A DNA stretch of 64,000 nucleotides from Candidatus Caldarchaeales archaeon (GCA_039630055.1 JBCNVN010000001.1:64001-128000); one strand, 5' to 3'; positions 19,488 through 30,911 are shown, counted from the first letter of the stretch. Translations and numbers: made by a program. Notes: generated by a model not told the origin, from the sequence alone.

Positions 19488-20813
19488 ATGGCTAAGAAGA
19501 AAGTAATAATCATGGGTGCAGCTGGGAGAGATTTCCATAACTTCAACATGTATTTTAAGGATAATCAAGATTATGAGGTCATCGCATTCACATTCTCCCA
19601 GATACCTGGGCTGAGTTATAGATCTTATCCACCTGAGCTGGCTGGTCCAAACTATCCTGAAGGCATACCCATATACCCTGAAGAAATGTTGGTAGAATTG
19701 ATCAAAAAATACAATATTGATCTAGTGGTCTTATCATATAGCGATCTAACCCATGAAGATGTTATGCATAAAGCTTCTCAAGTAATAGCTGCAGGAGCAG
19801 ATTTCATGCTTCTAGGTCCGAAGAATACTATGCTAGAGCCCACCCTACCAACCATCGCGGTTACGGCCGTCCGAACTGGTGCTGGAAAAAGCACGGTTGT
19901 AAGAAAGATCGCCTCTATATTGAAGAAGTGGAATATTAGATTTAACATAGTTAGACATCCGATGCCTTATAGTAGGATACTCAGACATCGTGTACAGAGA
20001 TTTAGCTCGTTTGAAGACTTAGATAGATACGAGTGTACAATAGAAGAGAGAGAAGAGTATGAACCTCACCTAGAGATGGGAAATACAGTTTATGCAGGGG
20101 TAGATTATAGAGAAGTTTTAAGAGAAGCCTCGATAGGTGTAGACGTCCTGGTCTGGGATGGTGGAAATAACGACTTCCCATTCTTTAGACCTTCTTTAAT
20201 GATATCGGTTGCAGATGCTCTTAGACCAGGTCAGGAAGTCTCAGCATATCCAGGAGAAGTAAATATTAGAATGGCCGACGTAGTAGTAATAAATAAAGTG
20301 AATGCAGCAGATCCAGACAGCGTTAAGACTATAGAAGAAAATATAATGAGATTGAATGAGAGAGCGATAATCATAAAAGCATCCTCGAGGCTCTATGTTC
20401 CAGATCCTAAAATTATTGAAGGGAGAAGGGTTCTTGTAGTAGAAGATGGTCCAACCGTTACCCATGGGGGGATGAGCTATTCTATCGGAATGCTCGCCGC
20501 CAAAATGTATGGTGCTAGAGAAATAATAGATCCGAGAGATTATGCGGTCGGATCAATTAAGGAGGTTTATAGTATATACACTCATATCGGCCCCGTCCTT
20601 CCAGCTCTAGGATATAGTAGAGAACAGATAGAAGAACTCCGAGAGACTATTAGAAGAATCGATTGTGATCTTATCATCCTTGGAACACCGATAAATCTGG
20701 GAAGATTAATGAATCTTGATAAACCATGTTTGAAAGTAAGATATGAGCTTGAAGAGATATCTAAGCCAGACCTTGAAGATGTATTAAAGAATTCTGGAAT
20801 ATTGAGGGGTTGA
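19488..20813 (+). CDS. COG2403-type P-loop NTPase (cDPG-synthetase-like; candidate arginine synthetase ArcE)
   Basis: IMGAAGRDFHNFN, AVRTGAGKS, RHPMPY, TIEEREEYEPH, WDGGNND, VEDGPTVTHGGM. Family call is solid; the specific activity is inferred. Confidence 0.75.
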   Translation: MAKKKVIIMGAAGRDFHNFNMYFKDNQDYEVIAFTFSQIPGLSYRSYPPELAGPNYPEGIPIYPEEMLVELIKKYNIDLVVLSYSDLTHEDVMHKASQVIAAGADFMLLGPKNTMLEPTLPTIAVTAVRTGAGKSTVVRKIASILKKWNIRFNIVRHPMPYSRILRHRVQRFSSFEDLDRYECTIEEREEYEPHLEMGNTVYAGVDYREVLREASIGVDVLVWDGGNNDFPFFRPSLMISVADALRPGQEVSAYPGEVNIRMADVVVINKVNAADPDSVKTIEENIMRLNERAIIIKASSRLYVPDPKIIEGRRVLVVEDGPTVTHGGMSYSIGMLAAKMYGAREIIDPRDYAVGSIKEVYSIYTHIGPVLPALGYSREQIEELRETIRRIDCDLIILGTPINLGRLMNLDKPCLKVRYELEEISKPDLEDVLKNSGILRG

Positions 20814-20820
20814 AGGATGG

Positions 20821-21360
20821 TTGAGAGAATTCCTAGATAAGAAGACGCTTTTATCTGGAGAAGCTGGGTCAGGAAAGACAAAATTTATAGTAAACTTTCT
20901 CAAATTCCTAGTAGATAATGGTTATGGAAAGGATACTACTGTTATCGATATGGCCCCCTCAAAGATCTATGGGATTGGAGGTTCTATGAGAGAATATACG
21001 GACATAGTCTCGAATACAAGATATCTTAAACCAGAGAATATATGGCCCCCTAGACTACTGGGTAAAGATAGGCTAGAAGTCTTAAAATACTCTGAAGAGA
21101 ATATGAAAAGCCTCACCCCTCTTATAGATGAATATCTATCTAATCCAACCAGTATACTTCTTGTAAACGATTTAACCATCTACCTCCATGCAGGAGATAT
21201 CGAGAAGATCTTAAAACTAATAGATGTTCCAAAAACTTTTATGGCTACTGCATACGAGGGGGTTAGATTAGAAGATGATAAAGGTTCAGGGATAACAGAG
21301 AGGGAGAGAAGACTCCTCAACATATTAAAGAAGAAAATGGATAATGTTTTAAAATTCTAA
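20821..21360 (+). CDS. Small P-loop NTPase of unknown function
   Basis: [11 protein letters not shown] Walker A, TVIDMAP, ILLVND; 179 aa; tightly packed between the COG2403 gene and thiDN. Confidence 0.6.
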   Translation: MREFLDKKTLLSGEAGSGKTKFIVNFLKFLVDNGYGKDTTVIDMAPSKIYGIGGSMREYTDIVSNTRYLKPENIWPPRLLGKDRLEVLKYSEENMKSLTPLIDEYLSNPTSILLVNDLTIYLHAGDIEKILKLIDVPKTFMATAYEGVRLEDDKGSGITERERRLLNILKKKMDNVLKF

Positions 21361-21422
21361 ACCAGCAATATAAGATATTAATGTCTAAATTTATTAAACC
21401 GTCTGAGAATAAGGTCTTGAGT

Positions 21423-22775
21423 ATGAAGGTTCCAAGAGCATTAACGATCGCCGGCTCCGATTCAGGTGGTGGAGCTGGGATACAGGCCGACCTGAAGACC
21501 TTTGCTGCTCTAGGAGTCCATGGCATGTCAGCGATTACATCTATCACCGCTCAGAATACTAAAACTGTAACAAAGGTACATGACGTACCTGTAGAGATTA
21601 TCAAGGAGCAGATAAGAGTGGTGGTTGAAGATATCGGGGTAGATGCGGTAAAAACGGGAATGCTCCACACATCGGAGATAATCTCTGCGGTCGCTGAGGA
21701 GCTTGAGAATATCGATGCTCCTATCGTAGTTGATCCTGTCATGATTGCGAAGAGTGGTGCGAGGCTACTGAGAGAAGATGCTGTAGAGAATCTGATCAAG
21801 AAAATCTTGCCTATCGCTACCGTAACTACTCCGAATGCTAGAGAAGCTGAAGTGTTGAGCGGTCTCAAGATAAATAGTATTGAAGATCAGAGGATGGCGG
21901 CTGAGAGGATATCGAGGCTAGGTCCAAAAGCAGTAGTTGTAAAGGGAGGACATATAGATGGTGAAGAAGTAATTGATATTCTATATTATCAGGGAGAGTT
22001 TAGAGAGTATAGTAGAACTAGGGTCGATACTAGGAACACTCATGGGACAGGATGTACATTTGCATCAGCGATAGCAGGGTATCTAGCGAAAGGCTACGAG
22101 ATCGTGGAAGCCGTAAAGGCTGCAAAAGAATTTGTAACAAATGCAATCCTATATGGGTTGGATATTGGAGGCGGTCACGGCCCTGTGAACCCGACTGGAA
22201 AACTAGTGAGAGACTCGGAAAGATACAGGGTACTAGAGAAGATTAGAGAAGCCTTGAAAACTATTGAGGAGTCTAGCTGGATGGCGGATCTTATCCCAGA
22301 ATCTCAGAGCAATCTAGTAATGGCTGTAGAGGATGCGGAGACATTAGATGATGTAGTAGGTGTACCCGGTAGGATTGTTAGAGTTGGTGAGAGGGTAAAG
22401 ATCTCTTCTTGCCCATGGTTCCAATCTTCTAGACACGTGGCCAGTGCTGTACTCACCATCATGAAGTATTTTCCTCAGATTAGATCTGCCATAAATATCA
22501 AGTATAGTGAAGAATTGGTGAAGGCTGCCGGCGAGCTCGGATTCTCGATAAGTAGTTATGATAGGAGAGAGGAGCCCATAGAGGTAAAGAGGACTGAGGG
22601 TGGTACGATTCCCTGGGGTATAAAGACCGCTCTAGAGAAAACGGGATGGAGACCTGTAGACTTAATCTATCATCTAGGAGACTGGGGTAAGGAGCCCATG
22701 ATCCTCATATTCGGTGTGGATGCTCTAGATGTTGTAAGTAAGCTGGAGAAGATTGCTTTTAAATTGAGAAGATAG
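21423..22775 (+). CDS. thiDN: Bifunctional HMP/HMP-P kinase - thiamine-phosphate synthase (ThiD-ThiN fusion)
   Basis: [32 protein letters not shown], then a ThiN domain ([27 protein letters not shown]). Start placed at ATG 21423. Confidence 0.93.
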   Translation: MKVPRALTIAGSDSGGGAGIQADLKTFAALGVHGMSAITSITAQNTKTVTKVHDVPVEIIKEQIRVVVEDIGVDAVKTGMLHTSEIISAVAEELENIDAPIVVDPVMIAKSGARLLREDAVENLIKKILPIATVTTPNAREAEVLSGLKINSIEDQRMAAERISRLGPKAVVVKGGHIDGEEVIDILYYQGEFREYSRTRVDTRNTHGTGCTFASAIAGYLAKGYEIVEAVKAAKEFVTNAILYGLDIGGGHGPVNPTGKLVRDSERYRVLEKIREALKTIEESSWMADLIPESQSNLVMAVEDAETLDDVVGVPGRIVRVGERVKISSCPWFQSSRHVASAVLTIMKYFPQIRSAINIKYSEELVKAAGELGFSISSYDRREEPIEVKRTEGGTIPWGIKTALEKTGWRPVDLIYHLGDWGKEPMILIFGVDALDVVSKLEKIAFKLRR

Positions 22776-22868
22776 AATCCTATGAAGAGTTTCTCAAACC
22801 TCTTCTAACCTTAAGATCGACCCCATACCTCTTCAAAAACGATGAAATTCCCCTATCAGTATGCTGTC

Positions 22869-24404
22869 TTATCTTGGATATGCTTCTAATCTTACTTCAA
22901 GTTTTCTAGCCATCTTCAAGAGCTTGTTCTGACATTTCTTAAGATAGATCCTATAAAATCTATCAGGTATATAGATTCTGATCGTGTCTTCATGTTCCTC
23001 TACCTCGTACTCTGGTATATATTTACCGAGTAAACTACTAATCTGTTTGACAGGGTGACTTGAGTCTTCTCTACTTCCACCTACAGGGACTACGAAGTTT
23101 CTCTCACCAAATACGTAAAGCTCATATTTTGGCTCACCAGTTAGAAAGTCTTTTACTATGACGGTCGGCCTTGCTAGATCTGCTTTTTTAAGACCGGTTG
23201 GAACCTTTACAACCATCTCTAAAGTATAGATCTCTGTAATCATACCTTTATCCATGAATATTACTGTATCTATTATCGATGGAAGAGTTCCTACATCTAC
23301 TTTATTCGCTATACGCTGGATTGCATCTATAGGAGAGGTCGCATGTATCACTCCAACCATACCTATACCTGCATACCTCAAATCGATGAATAGGCTGAAA
23401 TCTTCCGATCCCCTAATCTCATCGAATATGGTATAGTCTGGTCTGCTAAGTAGAAGGACATCATGAAGCTCGTTATCTTTAGATGTAGATTTAGAGTATT
23501 GGGTTATCTCAGGTGAGACATGCAGATCTCTCGGACTCTCAATAGTTTTAACGATCTTGTTCATCTGTCTATAGTGTTCTGCTAAAGCCTGGGCAAAGGT
23601 TGATTTACCCATTCCTGGAGGACCAGCTATAAGAATTCCCTCAGCATGGCCTTCAAGCCTATCGACTACCTCTCTCGGCAGATTGTAATCTCGTAAGCTT
23701 TTCTTTAGGATCGGTCTAACAACCGTTACCTCGAACCCATCTGAGAATGGAGGTCTAGTAACAACTATCCTATAATCTCTTAACTGGAATATCTTAACAT
23801 CTGACCTATCCACCTCTAGAAAAGAATCGACACCAAAAGAAGAATATGCTTCTCTCATTAAATGAGCTATAAGCAGCTCTAACCCTTCACGATTAACAGG
23901 CTTATCTGAGACCTCTTCTAACTTCCACTTGCCTGGAATACCTCTTTTAACTCTAGGTGGAAGTCCCTCTTTTAGATGTAGGCTCATAACATCTTCAGTG
24001 AATAATGTTTCCATGTTGAACGGTGGTGGAGGTAGATCATATAGTACCTCGACACCTACTGCTTGAGCTAATTTAGCGGTTATAGGATCACATGTGATTA
24101 ATGTTGCTTTTAGTTTTCTAGCTTCTTCTATGAGTTTGAGCCTATTATTTTCAGATCCCTCATCCACCTCTCCAATATAGCTTATTTCTACATTTTTCAT
24201 CTTACATATTCTTTCAAGCTCTTCTAATCCATCCATGGCTAGAGTATCCCCACCGACGGCGTACTTCTCTATCTCTGATAGTAGTAGCCGGTGAATTATC
24301 AGTCTACCCTTGAGTAATCCTTTCCCTACTAGATGGGATACCAACTTGAGCTGTATTGCAGATAGGTCTACTAACGCTAGCTCCACCATGAGCGTTTCTA
24401 CCAA
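22869..24404 (-). CDS. PINc/VapC-family ATPase (PINA; PIN + ATPase + KH-like)
   Basis: MSLHLKEG, RPPFSDGFEVTVVRP, GPPGMGKSTFAQA, KTIESPRDL, LLSRPDYTIFDE, GVIHAT. Confidence 0.9.
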   Translation of the reverse strand: MVETLMVELALVDLSAIQLKLVSHLVGKGLLKGRLIIHRLLLSEIEKYAVGGDTLAMDGLEELERICKMKNVEISYIGEVDEGSENNRLKLIEEARKLKATLITCDPITAKLAQAVGVEVLYDLPPPPFNMETLFTEDVMSLHLKEGLPPRVKRGIPGKWKLEEVSDKPVNREGLELLIAHLMREAYSSFGVDSFLEVDRSDVKIFQLRDYRIVVTRPPFSDGFEVTVVRPILKKSLRDYNLPREVVDRLEGHAEGILIAGPPGMGKSTFAQALAEHYRQMNKIVKTIESPRDLHVSPEITQYSKSTSKDNELHDVLLLSRPDYTIFDEIRGSEDFSLFIDLRYAGIGMVGVIHATSPIDAIQRIANKVDVGTLPSIIDTVIFMDKGMITEIYTLEMVVKVPTGLKKADLARPTVIVKDFLTGEPKYELYVFGERNFVVPVGGSREDSSHPVKQISSLLGKYIPEYEVEEHEDTIRIYIPDRFYRIYLKKCQNKLLKMARKLEVRLEAYPR

Positions 24405-24500
24405 CTATACCTACACTAGAATTCTATGAGCCACCTAATAAGTTAGTATATCTAAATCTAGATTGTAATAGTTATGCTAAATTTACTTGTTTAGTATAAC

Positions 24501-24791
24501 TTACTTCCGTTCAACCTTCTTCTCCTCAACTCTGTACTTTACCAAGAATTCATCATCTCCCAAGACTTGATAACCTGTTAAATTAACTCTATAATCATCT
24601 GTCAATCTCTCCATCTCGTAAATGAAGTCTTCCAGATAATCTATGAAGCCACATGTATGGCATAGAGATCCAGAGATCTTCAATACAACTTCATCATCCT
24701 TTATCTCTATCAACTCAGCCTCTGCTACAGATCTTCTATACTTGTTAAATTCTTGGATTGTCTTTACTATGACATCTCTTAGATTCGACAT
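24501..24791 (-). CDS. Small conserved archaeal protein with CxxC (NifU C-terminal-like)
   Basis: From ATG 24791: EFNKYR..AEAELI...ISGSLCHTCGFIDYLEDF. The longer track ORF overlaps trm5. Confidence 0.65.
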   Translation of the reverse strand: MSNLRDVIVKTIQEFNKYRRSVAEAELIEIKDDEVVLKISGSLCHTCGFIDYLEDFIYEMERLTDDYRVNLTGYQVLGDDEFLVKYRVEEKKVERK

Positions 24792-24837
24792 CTTTGGGGA
24801 ACATAGAATGATGGATACTTTTAAGTTTTCCTCCAGT

Positions 24838-25902
24838 ATGTTTAAAAATGGTTTGGAGGATAAGATAGCCGTCAAGATTGAAAAGTCCAAGGCTGAAGTT
24901 CTGAGGAGAAGATTGAAGGCTCTTAATATAATAGATGAAGATTTCAAACCGAGGTTTATAGATGGATATGTCTATTTCCCAATAAAATCTAGAGAGTTTT
25001 TAGACCTCATCTCAGATGAATATGTATTCGAAGTCGTTAGAGAGAGGTTTGAGAGACGTGGGAAGAAACCTAGAAGCTTGAGGGAGGCATTGGAGAAGAC
25101 TCTGCCCAGAGACCTCCACCATTACATCCCCTCATCTATAGACTTGATAGGACATATTGCATTGATAGATATCCCTGATCCACTAAAGGATTATAGTGGA
25201 GAAGTGGGTAGGGCAGTAATGATGGTCTATCCACATGTAAAGACAGTCTTATCAAAGGAAGGAGGAACTATCGGAGATTATAGGATAAGATCGTTTAATA
25301 TGATTGCAGGTTCACCGATAACTGAGACGATCTACAGAGAACATGGATGTATCTATAAGCTAGACTTAGGTAAAGTCTTCTTCAATCCTAGAATGAGTGG
25401 AGAGAGGCTTAGAATAGCATTAGAGGTCAAAGATGGAGAATACGTCCTGGATATGTTTGCCGGGATCGGTCCATTCTCAATCTTGATCGCTAAGAAGAAT
25501 CCTTCAGCAAGAGTTGTCGCGGTTGAGCTGAACCCTGAAGCATACAGATACCTAGTAGAGAATATCTATCTGAATAAGGTCTCTGAGAGGGTAGAGGCTG
25601 TTAGAGGAGATGTAAGAGAAGTTTTGAGAGCTCATGGCGGAGTCTTTGATAGAGTTATAATGGATCTTCCATTTAGAGCCTTAGAGTTCTTAGACTTAGC
25701 GTTAAATAATGTTAAGAAGTATGGGATAATCCACCTATACCATGTTGAGGAGGGAGAGAATGCTATAGATAAAGCATCTGTAAAGACTGTTAGGATAGCG
25801 GAAAAGATGAATATACGATTAGAGGTGGCTTATTCTCGTCGAGTACTTGAGGTAGCTCCGAGAAGATTCATCATAGCTCTAGACCTTCTTAGAAGAGAGT
25901 GA
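24838..25902 (+). CDS. tRNA m1G37 methyltransferase Trm5/Taw2 family (class I SAM MTase)
   Basis: SIDLIGHIA, ETIYREHG, VFFNPRM, DMFAGIGPF, VELNP, VIMDLP. Start trimmed to ATG 24838 (TTG 24853 is an alternative). Confidence 0.88.
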   Translation: MFKNGLEDKIAVKIEKSKAEVLRRRLKALNIIDEDFKPRFIDGYVYFPIKSREFLDLISDEYVFEVVRERFERRGKKPRSLREALEKTLPRDLHHYIPSSIDLIGHIALIDIPDPLKDYSGEVGRAVMMVYPHVKTVLSKEGGTIGDYRIRSFNMIAGSPITETIYREHGCIYKLDLGKVFFNPRMSGERLRIALEVKDGEYVLDMFAGIGPFSILIAKKNPSARVVAVELNPEAYRYLVENIYLNKVSERVEAVRGDVREVLRAHGGVFDRVIMDLPFRALEFLDLALNNVKKYGIIHLYHVEEGENAIDKASVKTVRIAEKMNIRLEVAYSRRVLEVAPRRFIIALDLLRRE

Positions 25903-25950
25903 ACCCTTATACGTCTCTTGATATAATATATCATCTGGAGATAATGGTCT

Positions 25951-26985
25951 ATGGGTGTAAAACTTGGAGATATAATCCCTGAAAATGTAGTCCAGAAGGT
26001 CTCTCTAGAAGATCTTAGAGGAAAACCTATCGCCTTTGATGCATACAATATGCTCTACCAATTCATAACGATAATAAGAGGTCTAGATGGTAGACCCCTA
26101 ATGGATAGACAGAATAGGATAACAAGCCATCTAAGCGGTTTATTCTTTAGAACTATAAATTTTCTGAAAATAGGAGTTAAACCAATATTCGTATATGATG
26201 GAAGACCACCGGAACTTAAGCAGCAAACCCTTGAGAAGAGGATGGAGAGGAAGGCTGAGGCCGCCCGACTATATCGTCAAGCTTTAGAAGAAGGAAGAGT
26301 TGAAGAAGCTAGAAAGTATGCACAACAGTCAGCGGTACTAGATGAGTATATAGTTGAGAGTTCTAAGAAGCTGATAAGATTGTTGGGGTTACCTATCATC
26401 CAAGCTTTAAGCGAGGGAGAGGCTCAAGCAGCCTACCTAGCTAGAAGGGGAGATGCATATGCCTCAGCCTCACAAGATATGGATTCACTCCTATTCGGCT
26501 CACCACGTCTAGTAAGGAATCTTTCAATAGTTGGGAGGAGAAAGCTTCCAGGAAGAAAAGAGTATGTAGAAGTCGAGCCAGAGATAATATGTCTAGATAC
26601 GCTACTCGATTCATTGAAGATCTCTAGAGAGCAACTAATCGATGTGGCCATACTTGTTGGGACAGACTATTTCGAAGGGGTTAAAGGTATAGGTCCAAAG
26701 AAAGCTCTTAAACTTATTAGAGAGTATGGATCGATAGAGGGTTCTTTAAGATACTTGAATATAGAACTCGAGGTAGACATTGATAGGATTAGAGAAATAT
26801 TCTTGAAGCCGAAGGTTTTAGAATCATATTCATTAGAATGGAAAGATCCAGACTATGAAGGTATTGAGGAGATGTTACATGGAGAACATGATTTTTCTCT
26901 ATCGAGGATTAGGAAAGCATTGGATGAGCTTAGAATTACTGTTGAAGAAGAAAGGAGAAAGACAAGTCTAGATACATGGCTTTAG
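25951..26985 (+). CDS. fen: Flap endonuclease 1
   Basis: MGVKL, DAYNMLYQF, TSHLSGLFFRT, EGEAQAA, SQDMDSLLFG, GTDY..GVKGIGPK, PIP-like SLDTWL. Confidence 0.97.
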   Translation: MGVKLGDIIPENVVQKVSLEDLRGKPIAFDAYNMLYQFITIIRGLDGRPLMDRQNRITSHLSGLFFRTINFLKIGVKPIFVYDGRPPELKQQTLEKRMERKAEAARLYRQALEEGRVEEARKYAQQSAVLDEYIVESSKKLIRLLGLPIIQALSEGEAQAAYLARRGDAYASASQDMDSLLFGSPRLVRNLSIVGRRKLPGRKEYVEVEPEIICLDTLLDSLKISREQLIDVAILVGTDYFEGVKGIGPKKALKLIREYGSIEGSLRYLNIELEVDIDRIREIFLKPKVLESYSLEWKDPDYEGIEEMLHGEHDFSLSRIRKALDELRITVEEERRKTSLDTWL

Positions 26986-27157
26986 AATCATTTACCTATA
27001 ATAAACGGTCATCAGCCTCTCAAATCATCTTTACTAGACCTGCTAGGTCTCTCCCTGCTTTTCTAGTATAGTTTTGATAAAAGCTTACGATAATTTCCTA
27101 ATCCTTAATTTTAGAGAATAGAGAAGTAATCTTTTGATCTAGATAGAAGTTATACGC

Positions 27158-27409
27158 TCATGATTCTCTCTGTTCTTTCTGGATCAGCTCGATCAGCTTC
27201 CTCTCTTCATCTAGACTGAAAACTCTTATCTTATCATGTATCTCCAACTTCATCAATATGCTTCTCAAATTTGTCAGAGTAATATCAATCCCTTTCTTCC
27301 TTAACTCTTCTAGAAGGTTCTCTTCTAACGCTTTTCCACCCATTTTTTGAAGTATCTCCATAACCCTTGCATATATCTCGCTCCTAAGAACTATGTGTCT
27401 CCGACTCAA
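27158..27409 (-). CDS. Small winged-helix-like protein downstream of cdc48
   Basis: 83 aa; LEELRKKGIDITLTNLRSILMKLEIHDKIRV helix-wing pattern; 13-bp gap to cdc48. Confidence 0.6.
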   Translation of the reverse strand: MSRRHIVLRSEIYARVMEILQKMGGKALEENLLEELRKKGIDITLTNLRSILMKLEIHDKIRVFSLDEERKLIELIQKEQRES

Positions 27410-27422
27410 ACGTCTCCAACTC

Positions 27423-29597
27423 TCAACCTATCATTGTCAACTGTTTCTCCGTATACTTTAATACTTCTCTCATCCGTTCATACTCTCTTATCATCTGTGG
27501 AGATAAACTAGGCTTAACAGTTCTCAATGCTTCTTCAAAATCTTCTTTAGAAACATACTCAGCCTCAATATTCTTTCTGAGAGCGCTTAGAGCTGCTTCT
27601 CTACATACGGATTCAAGGTCTGCACCTGAGTATCCTTCTGTTCTAGCAGCCAGCTCTCTCAAGTTTACATCATTGGCCAAGGGCATCCTTCTAGTATATA
27701 TCTTGAATATAGAGAATCTGGCCTTTTCATCTGGTGGCGGGACGTATATTAGCCTATCTAGTCTTCCAGGTCTAAGAACTGCTGGATCTATCAGGTTAGG
27801 CCTGTTTGTCGCTCCTATAACTATTACATCTGCTAGTTCTTCTACTCCATCCATCTCTGATAGAAGCTGGCTTGAGACCCTGTTCGTTACACCTGAAGAA
27901 TCATCTAACAGATCTTTCCTAGGTATAATTGATTCGATCTCATCGAAGAATATTATACATGGAGATGCTTGCTTGGCTTTTCTAAATATCTCTCTCACAG
28001 CTTTCTCAGATTCTCCTACCCATTTACTGAATATCTCTGGACCTTTAACAGAGATGAAGTTAGCTTCAGACTCTGTGGCCACAGCCTTAGCCAGTAGAGT
28101 CTTACCACATCCTGGAGGGCCATAGAGTAGTATGCCTCTAGGAGGCTTTATATCAAACTTCTCAAATTTTTCAGGATATTTTAACGGCCACTCAACCGTC
28201 TCGACGAGCCTCTGCTTCAATTCTTCTAATCCACCTATATCCTCCCATCTAACATTTGGAACCTCTATCTCTACCTCCCTCAACGCCGTCGGCGTTATCT
28301 CTTTGAATGCATCTAAGAAATCTCTCATAGTAACCATCAAGCTGTCAAGGATTTCAGGAGATATCCTTTCTTCATTAAAATCTATGCTGGGAAGTATCCT
28401 TCTAATAGCTTTCATAGCAGCTTCTCTACATAGAGCCGCTAGGTCGGCTCCCGTATATCCTCTAGTCATCTCTGCCAGCTTATCTATCCTCACATCCTCA
28501 GATAGAGGCATACCACGAGTATGTATCTGGAGTATCTCTCTCCTACTATTCTTATCAGGTATACCTATCTCTATCTCTCTATCAAATCTTCCAGGCCTCC
28601 TTAATGCCGGGTCTAGTGCATTAGGCCTATTCGTTGCACCTATAACTATTACTTGTCCTCTAGTCTCGAGCCCGTCCATTAATGTTAGAAGCTGAGAGAC
28701 AACCCTCTTCTCAACCTCTCCTGTAACCTCACTCCTCTTAGGAGCGATAGCATCGATCTCATCGATGAAGATGATGCTTGGAGCTTCTTCCTCAGCTTTT
28801 CTAAATATCTCTCTCAGCCTCGCCTCGGTCTCCCCATAATACTTATTCATGATCTCTGGACCATTTATCAAGATGAAGTTTGCCTCCGCCTCTGTTGCAA
28901 CAGCCTTTGCTAATAGTGTTTTACCACATCCTGGAGGACCATATAATAGTACCCCTTTAGGTGGCTCGATACCGAGCTTCTGGAATAGTTCAGGATATCT
29001 GAGTGGTAGCTCTATCATTTCTCTTATCCTCTGTATCTGTTCTTGTAGACCACCTATATCCTCATAAGTTACACTCGTTCTGAAGGTCTTCTCTTGGATT
29101 ACCTTACTATGTATTACAAGCTTTGTCTTAGGGGTTATTTTTACAACCCCAGCAGGTCTTGTCTGGATCACGGCGAAGGTGAATAGGTTCCCGAAGAATA
29201 GTACTGGAACCACATTTTTCTGTACTAGTGGATATTCTATAAGGCGACTCTTGATAAGCCTGGTAAAATTCTCATCGGATTTAATAGTAGTATTTACAGG
29301 TGCAAGCACTACTAATTGAGCTTCTTTTACATCTGCTTTACGGATAGTGACCCAGTCATTTAATGCTACTCCCGCATTACTCCGAATATATCCATCGATC
29401 CTGATAACATCTTTCTCATCTTCGAGATAGCCTAGCCAAAGAGTTGCAGCCGCAAGCTTCTTACCTCTAATCTCCACCATATCCCCTGTCTGGAAGCCGG
29501 CATTCGAACCTACTTCTCTATCTATTCTAGCTATACCATAGCCTACATCTCTCTGTCTAGCTTCAGCGACTCTTAGCCTAAGTTCCCTAGGGCTCAT
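27423..29597 (-). CDS. cdc48: CDC48/VCP family AAA+ ATPase
   Basis: N domain ([11 protein letters not shown]); two AAA modules with [15 protein letters not shown] / FFDEIE and RPGRFDR / RPGRLDR. Confidence 0.96.
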   Translation of the reverse strand: MSPRELRLRVAEARQRDVGYGIARIDREVGSNAGFQTGDMVEIRGKKLAAATLWLGYLEDEKDVIRIDGYIRSNAGVALNDWVTIRKADVKEAQLVVLAPVNTTIKSDENFTRLIKSRLIEYPLVQKNVVPVLFFGNLFTFAVIQTRPAGVVKITPKTKLVIHSKVIQEKTFRTSVTYEDIGGLQEQIQRIREMIELPLRYPELFQKLGIEPPKGVLLYGPPGCGKTLLAKAVATEAEANFILINGPEIMNKYYGETEARLREIFRKAEEEAPSIIFIDEIDAIAPKRSEVTGEVEKRVVSQLLTLMDGLETRGQVIVIGATNRPNALDPALRRPGRFDREIEIGIPDKNSRREILQIHTRGMPLSEDVRIDKLAEMTRGYTGADLAALCREAAMKAIRRILPSIDFNEERISPEILDSLMVTMRDFLDAFKEITPTALREVEIEVPNVRWEDIGGLEELKQRLVETVEWPLKYPEKFEKFDIKPPRGILLYGPPGCGKTLLAKAVATESEANFISVKGPEIFSKWVGESEKAVREIFRKAKQASPCIIFFDEIESIIPRKDLLDDSSGVTNRVSSQLLSEMDGVEELADVIVIGATNRPNLIDPAVLRPGRLDRLIYVPPPDEKARFSIFKIYTRRMPLANDVNLRELAARTEGYSGADLESVCREAALSALRKNIEAEYVSKEDFEEALRTVKPSLSPQMIREYERMREVLKYTEKQLTMIG

Positions 29598-29688
29598 CCA
29601 AGATCTAGAACATTAAATCCTCTATTTAAACGAGTGTCTTAAACAAATATGAAGTTTCAATACTCTTTACGGGGATCGTAATTCTATA

Positions 29689-29955
29689 TCATAGTCTGCT
29701 AATTCCTGATATATCTATCTCTCCCACTTCTTCAAACTTCTTTAGATATTCTTCTAACTTTGAAGGGTATCCTTCTTCATCAGGCATGGTAAACATGGCG
29801 TTTATTATTTTGAGCCCGTAGACGAAAGGCTCCACCCTCACCGATACCATTTCTATCCTCTCAGGAAGGTCTGTTCTTATCCTTGAGATTAAGTCGTCTG
29901 TATCTACCTTCTCATCCACCGGCATTATCTTGACTATTACTGCTACCTTGCCCAT
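29689..29955 (-). CDS. ef1b: Translation elongation factor 1-beta
   Basis: MGKVAVIVKIMP...EPFVYGLKII...PDEEG; 88 aa. Confidence 0.9.
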   Translation of the reverse strand: MGKVAVIVKIMPVDEKVDTDDLISRIRTDLPERIEMVSVRVEPFVYGLKIINAMFTMPDEEGYPSKLEEYLKKFEEVGEIDISGISRL

Positions 29956-29958
29956 ACC

Positions 29959-30132
29959 TCATGGCCCCTCGAAGCCACATGATGGACATGAATAAGGTCT
30001 AGAAAGCTCTCTACACAGTCTACATCTCCATATCCGGACTCTGCCACAGTTAGGACATGGAAAATTTACTGCAGGCTCACCAGGTGCAACAGGCTTATTA
30101 CATGAACTGCAGACTACCGTCTTCTTACTCAT
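29959..30132 (-). CDS. DUF1610 zinc-ribbon protein
   Basis: CSSC...FPCPNCG...IWRCRLCR...[11 protein letters not shown]; usual neighbour of ef1b. Confidence 0.88.
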   Translation of the reverse strand: MSKKTVVCSSCNKPVAPGEPAVNFPCPNCGRVRIWRCRLCRELSRPYSCPSCGFEGP

Positions 30133-30222
30133 AAAGTCTTCTAAATGTTTCCTCAATATAAAGCCATCCTAATGAGAGAAGTTATTAAGAAGAATCTTAA
30201 GATTTTCTTGTGAGGATCGTCT

Positions 30223-30393
30223 TTGGGCATAAGAGAATTTATTAAGGATTCGCTAACACTCTTTAAACTAGCTAGAAAGCCTGCGAGGAATGAATTTCTC
30301 CTCGCCTTAAGGATAACCCTACTCGGAGTAGGCATCATTGGGGTCATAGCATTTATTATAAGGTTTGTAGCTCTTGCTATCCAAGGAGTTTAG
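30223..30393 (+). CDS. secE: Preprotein translocase subunit SecE/Sec61-gamma
   Basis: Not in the ORF track. TTG start; MGIREFIKDSLTLFKLARKPARNEFLLALRITLLGVGIIGVIAFIIRFVALAIQGV; LARKP..EF hinge plus TM helix; upstream of spt5. Confidence 0.9.
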   Translation: MGIREFIKDSLTLFKLARKPARNEFLLALRITLLGVGIIGVIAFIIRFVALAIQGV

Positions 30394-30403
30394 GGGGATC
30401 GAG

Positions 30404-30907
30404 ATGTCTTCGGGTACTCCAAGATATTTTGCCGTAAAAGTAACGGTAGGGCAAGAAAGAAACGTGGCAAAGATCGTTGAAAGCAAAGTTATCAGAGAGG
30501 TTGTGGAGGATGGTAAAACCGTCAAGGTTGAGAGGATAGTTGAAGGCATATACTCTATTATTGCATTGCCAAACATTAAAGGCTACATATTCATAGAAGC
30601 TGATAGTAGAGAGAAGGTCTCACTAATAACTCAAGGGATAAGACATGTAAAATCTAGACCCGCTATATTGGTAAAGAAAGAAGAGATAATGCAACATCTT
30701 ATAGAGAAGCCGATGATCGAGATGATCTCTATTGGAGATATGGTAGAGATCGTTTCAGGGCCTCTAAGAGGAATATACGGCAAAGTCTTAAGGATCGATA
30801 AACCAAAGAATGAGGTAACGATAGAGCCTACAGATGCTGCCTTCCCCCTACCTATCTCTATCCCTGCAGACCAAGTAAGGATAGCTCAACAATCGGAAAG
30901 GAGGTGA
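30404..30907 (+). CDS. spt5: Transcription elongation factor Spt5 (NusG family)
   Basis: AVKVTVGQERNVA, KGYIFIEA, KOW GDMVEIVSGPLRG; ATG at 30404 after the secE stop. Confidence 0.93.
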   Translation: MSSGTPRYFAVKVTVGQERNVAKIVESKVIREVVEDGKTVKVERIVEGIYSIIALPNIKGYIFIEADSREKVSLITQGIRHVKSRPAILVKKEEIMQHLIEKPMIEMISIGDMVEIVSGPLRGIYGKVLRIDKPKNEVTIEPTDAAFPLPISIPADQVRIAQQSERR

Positions 30908-30911
30908 CCTA

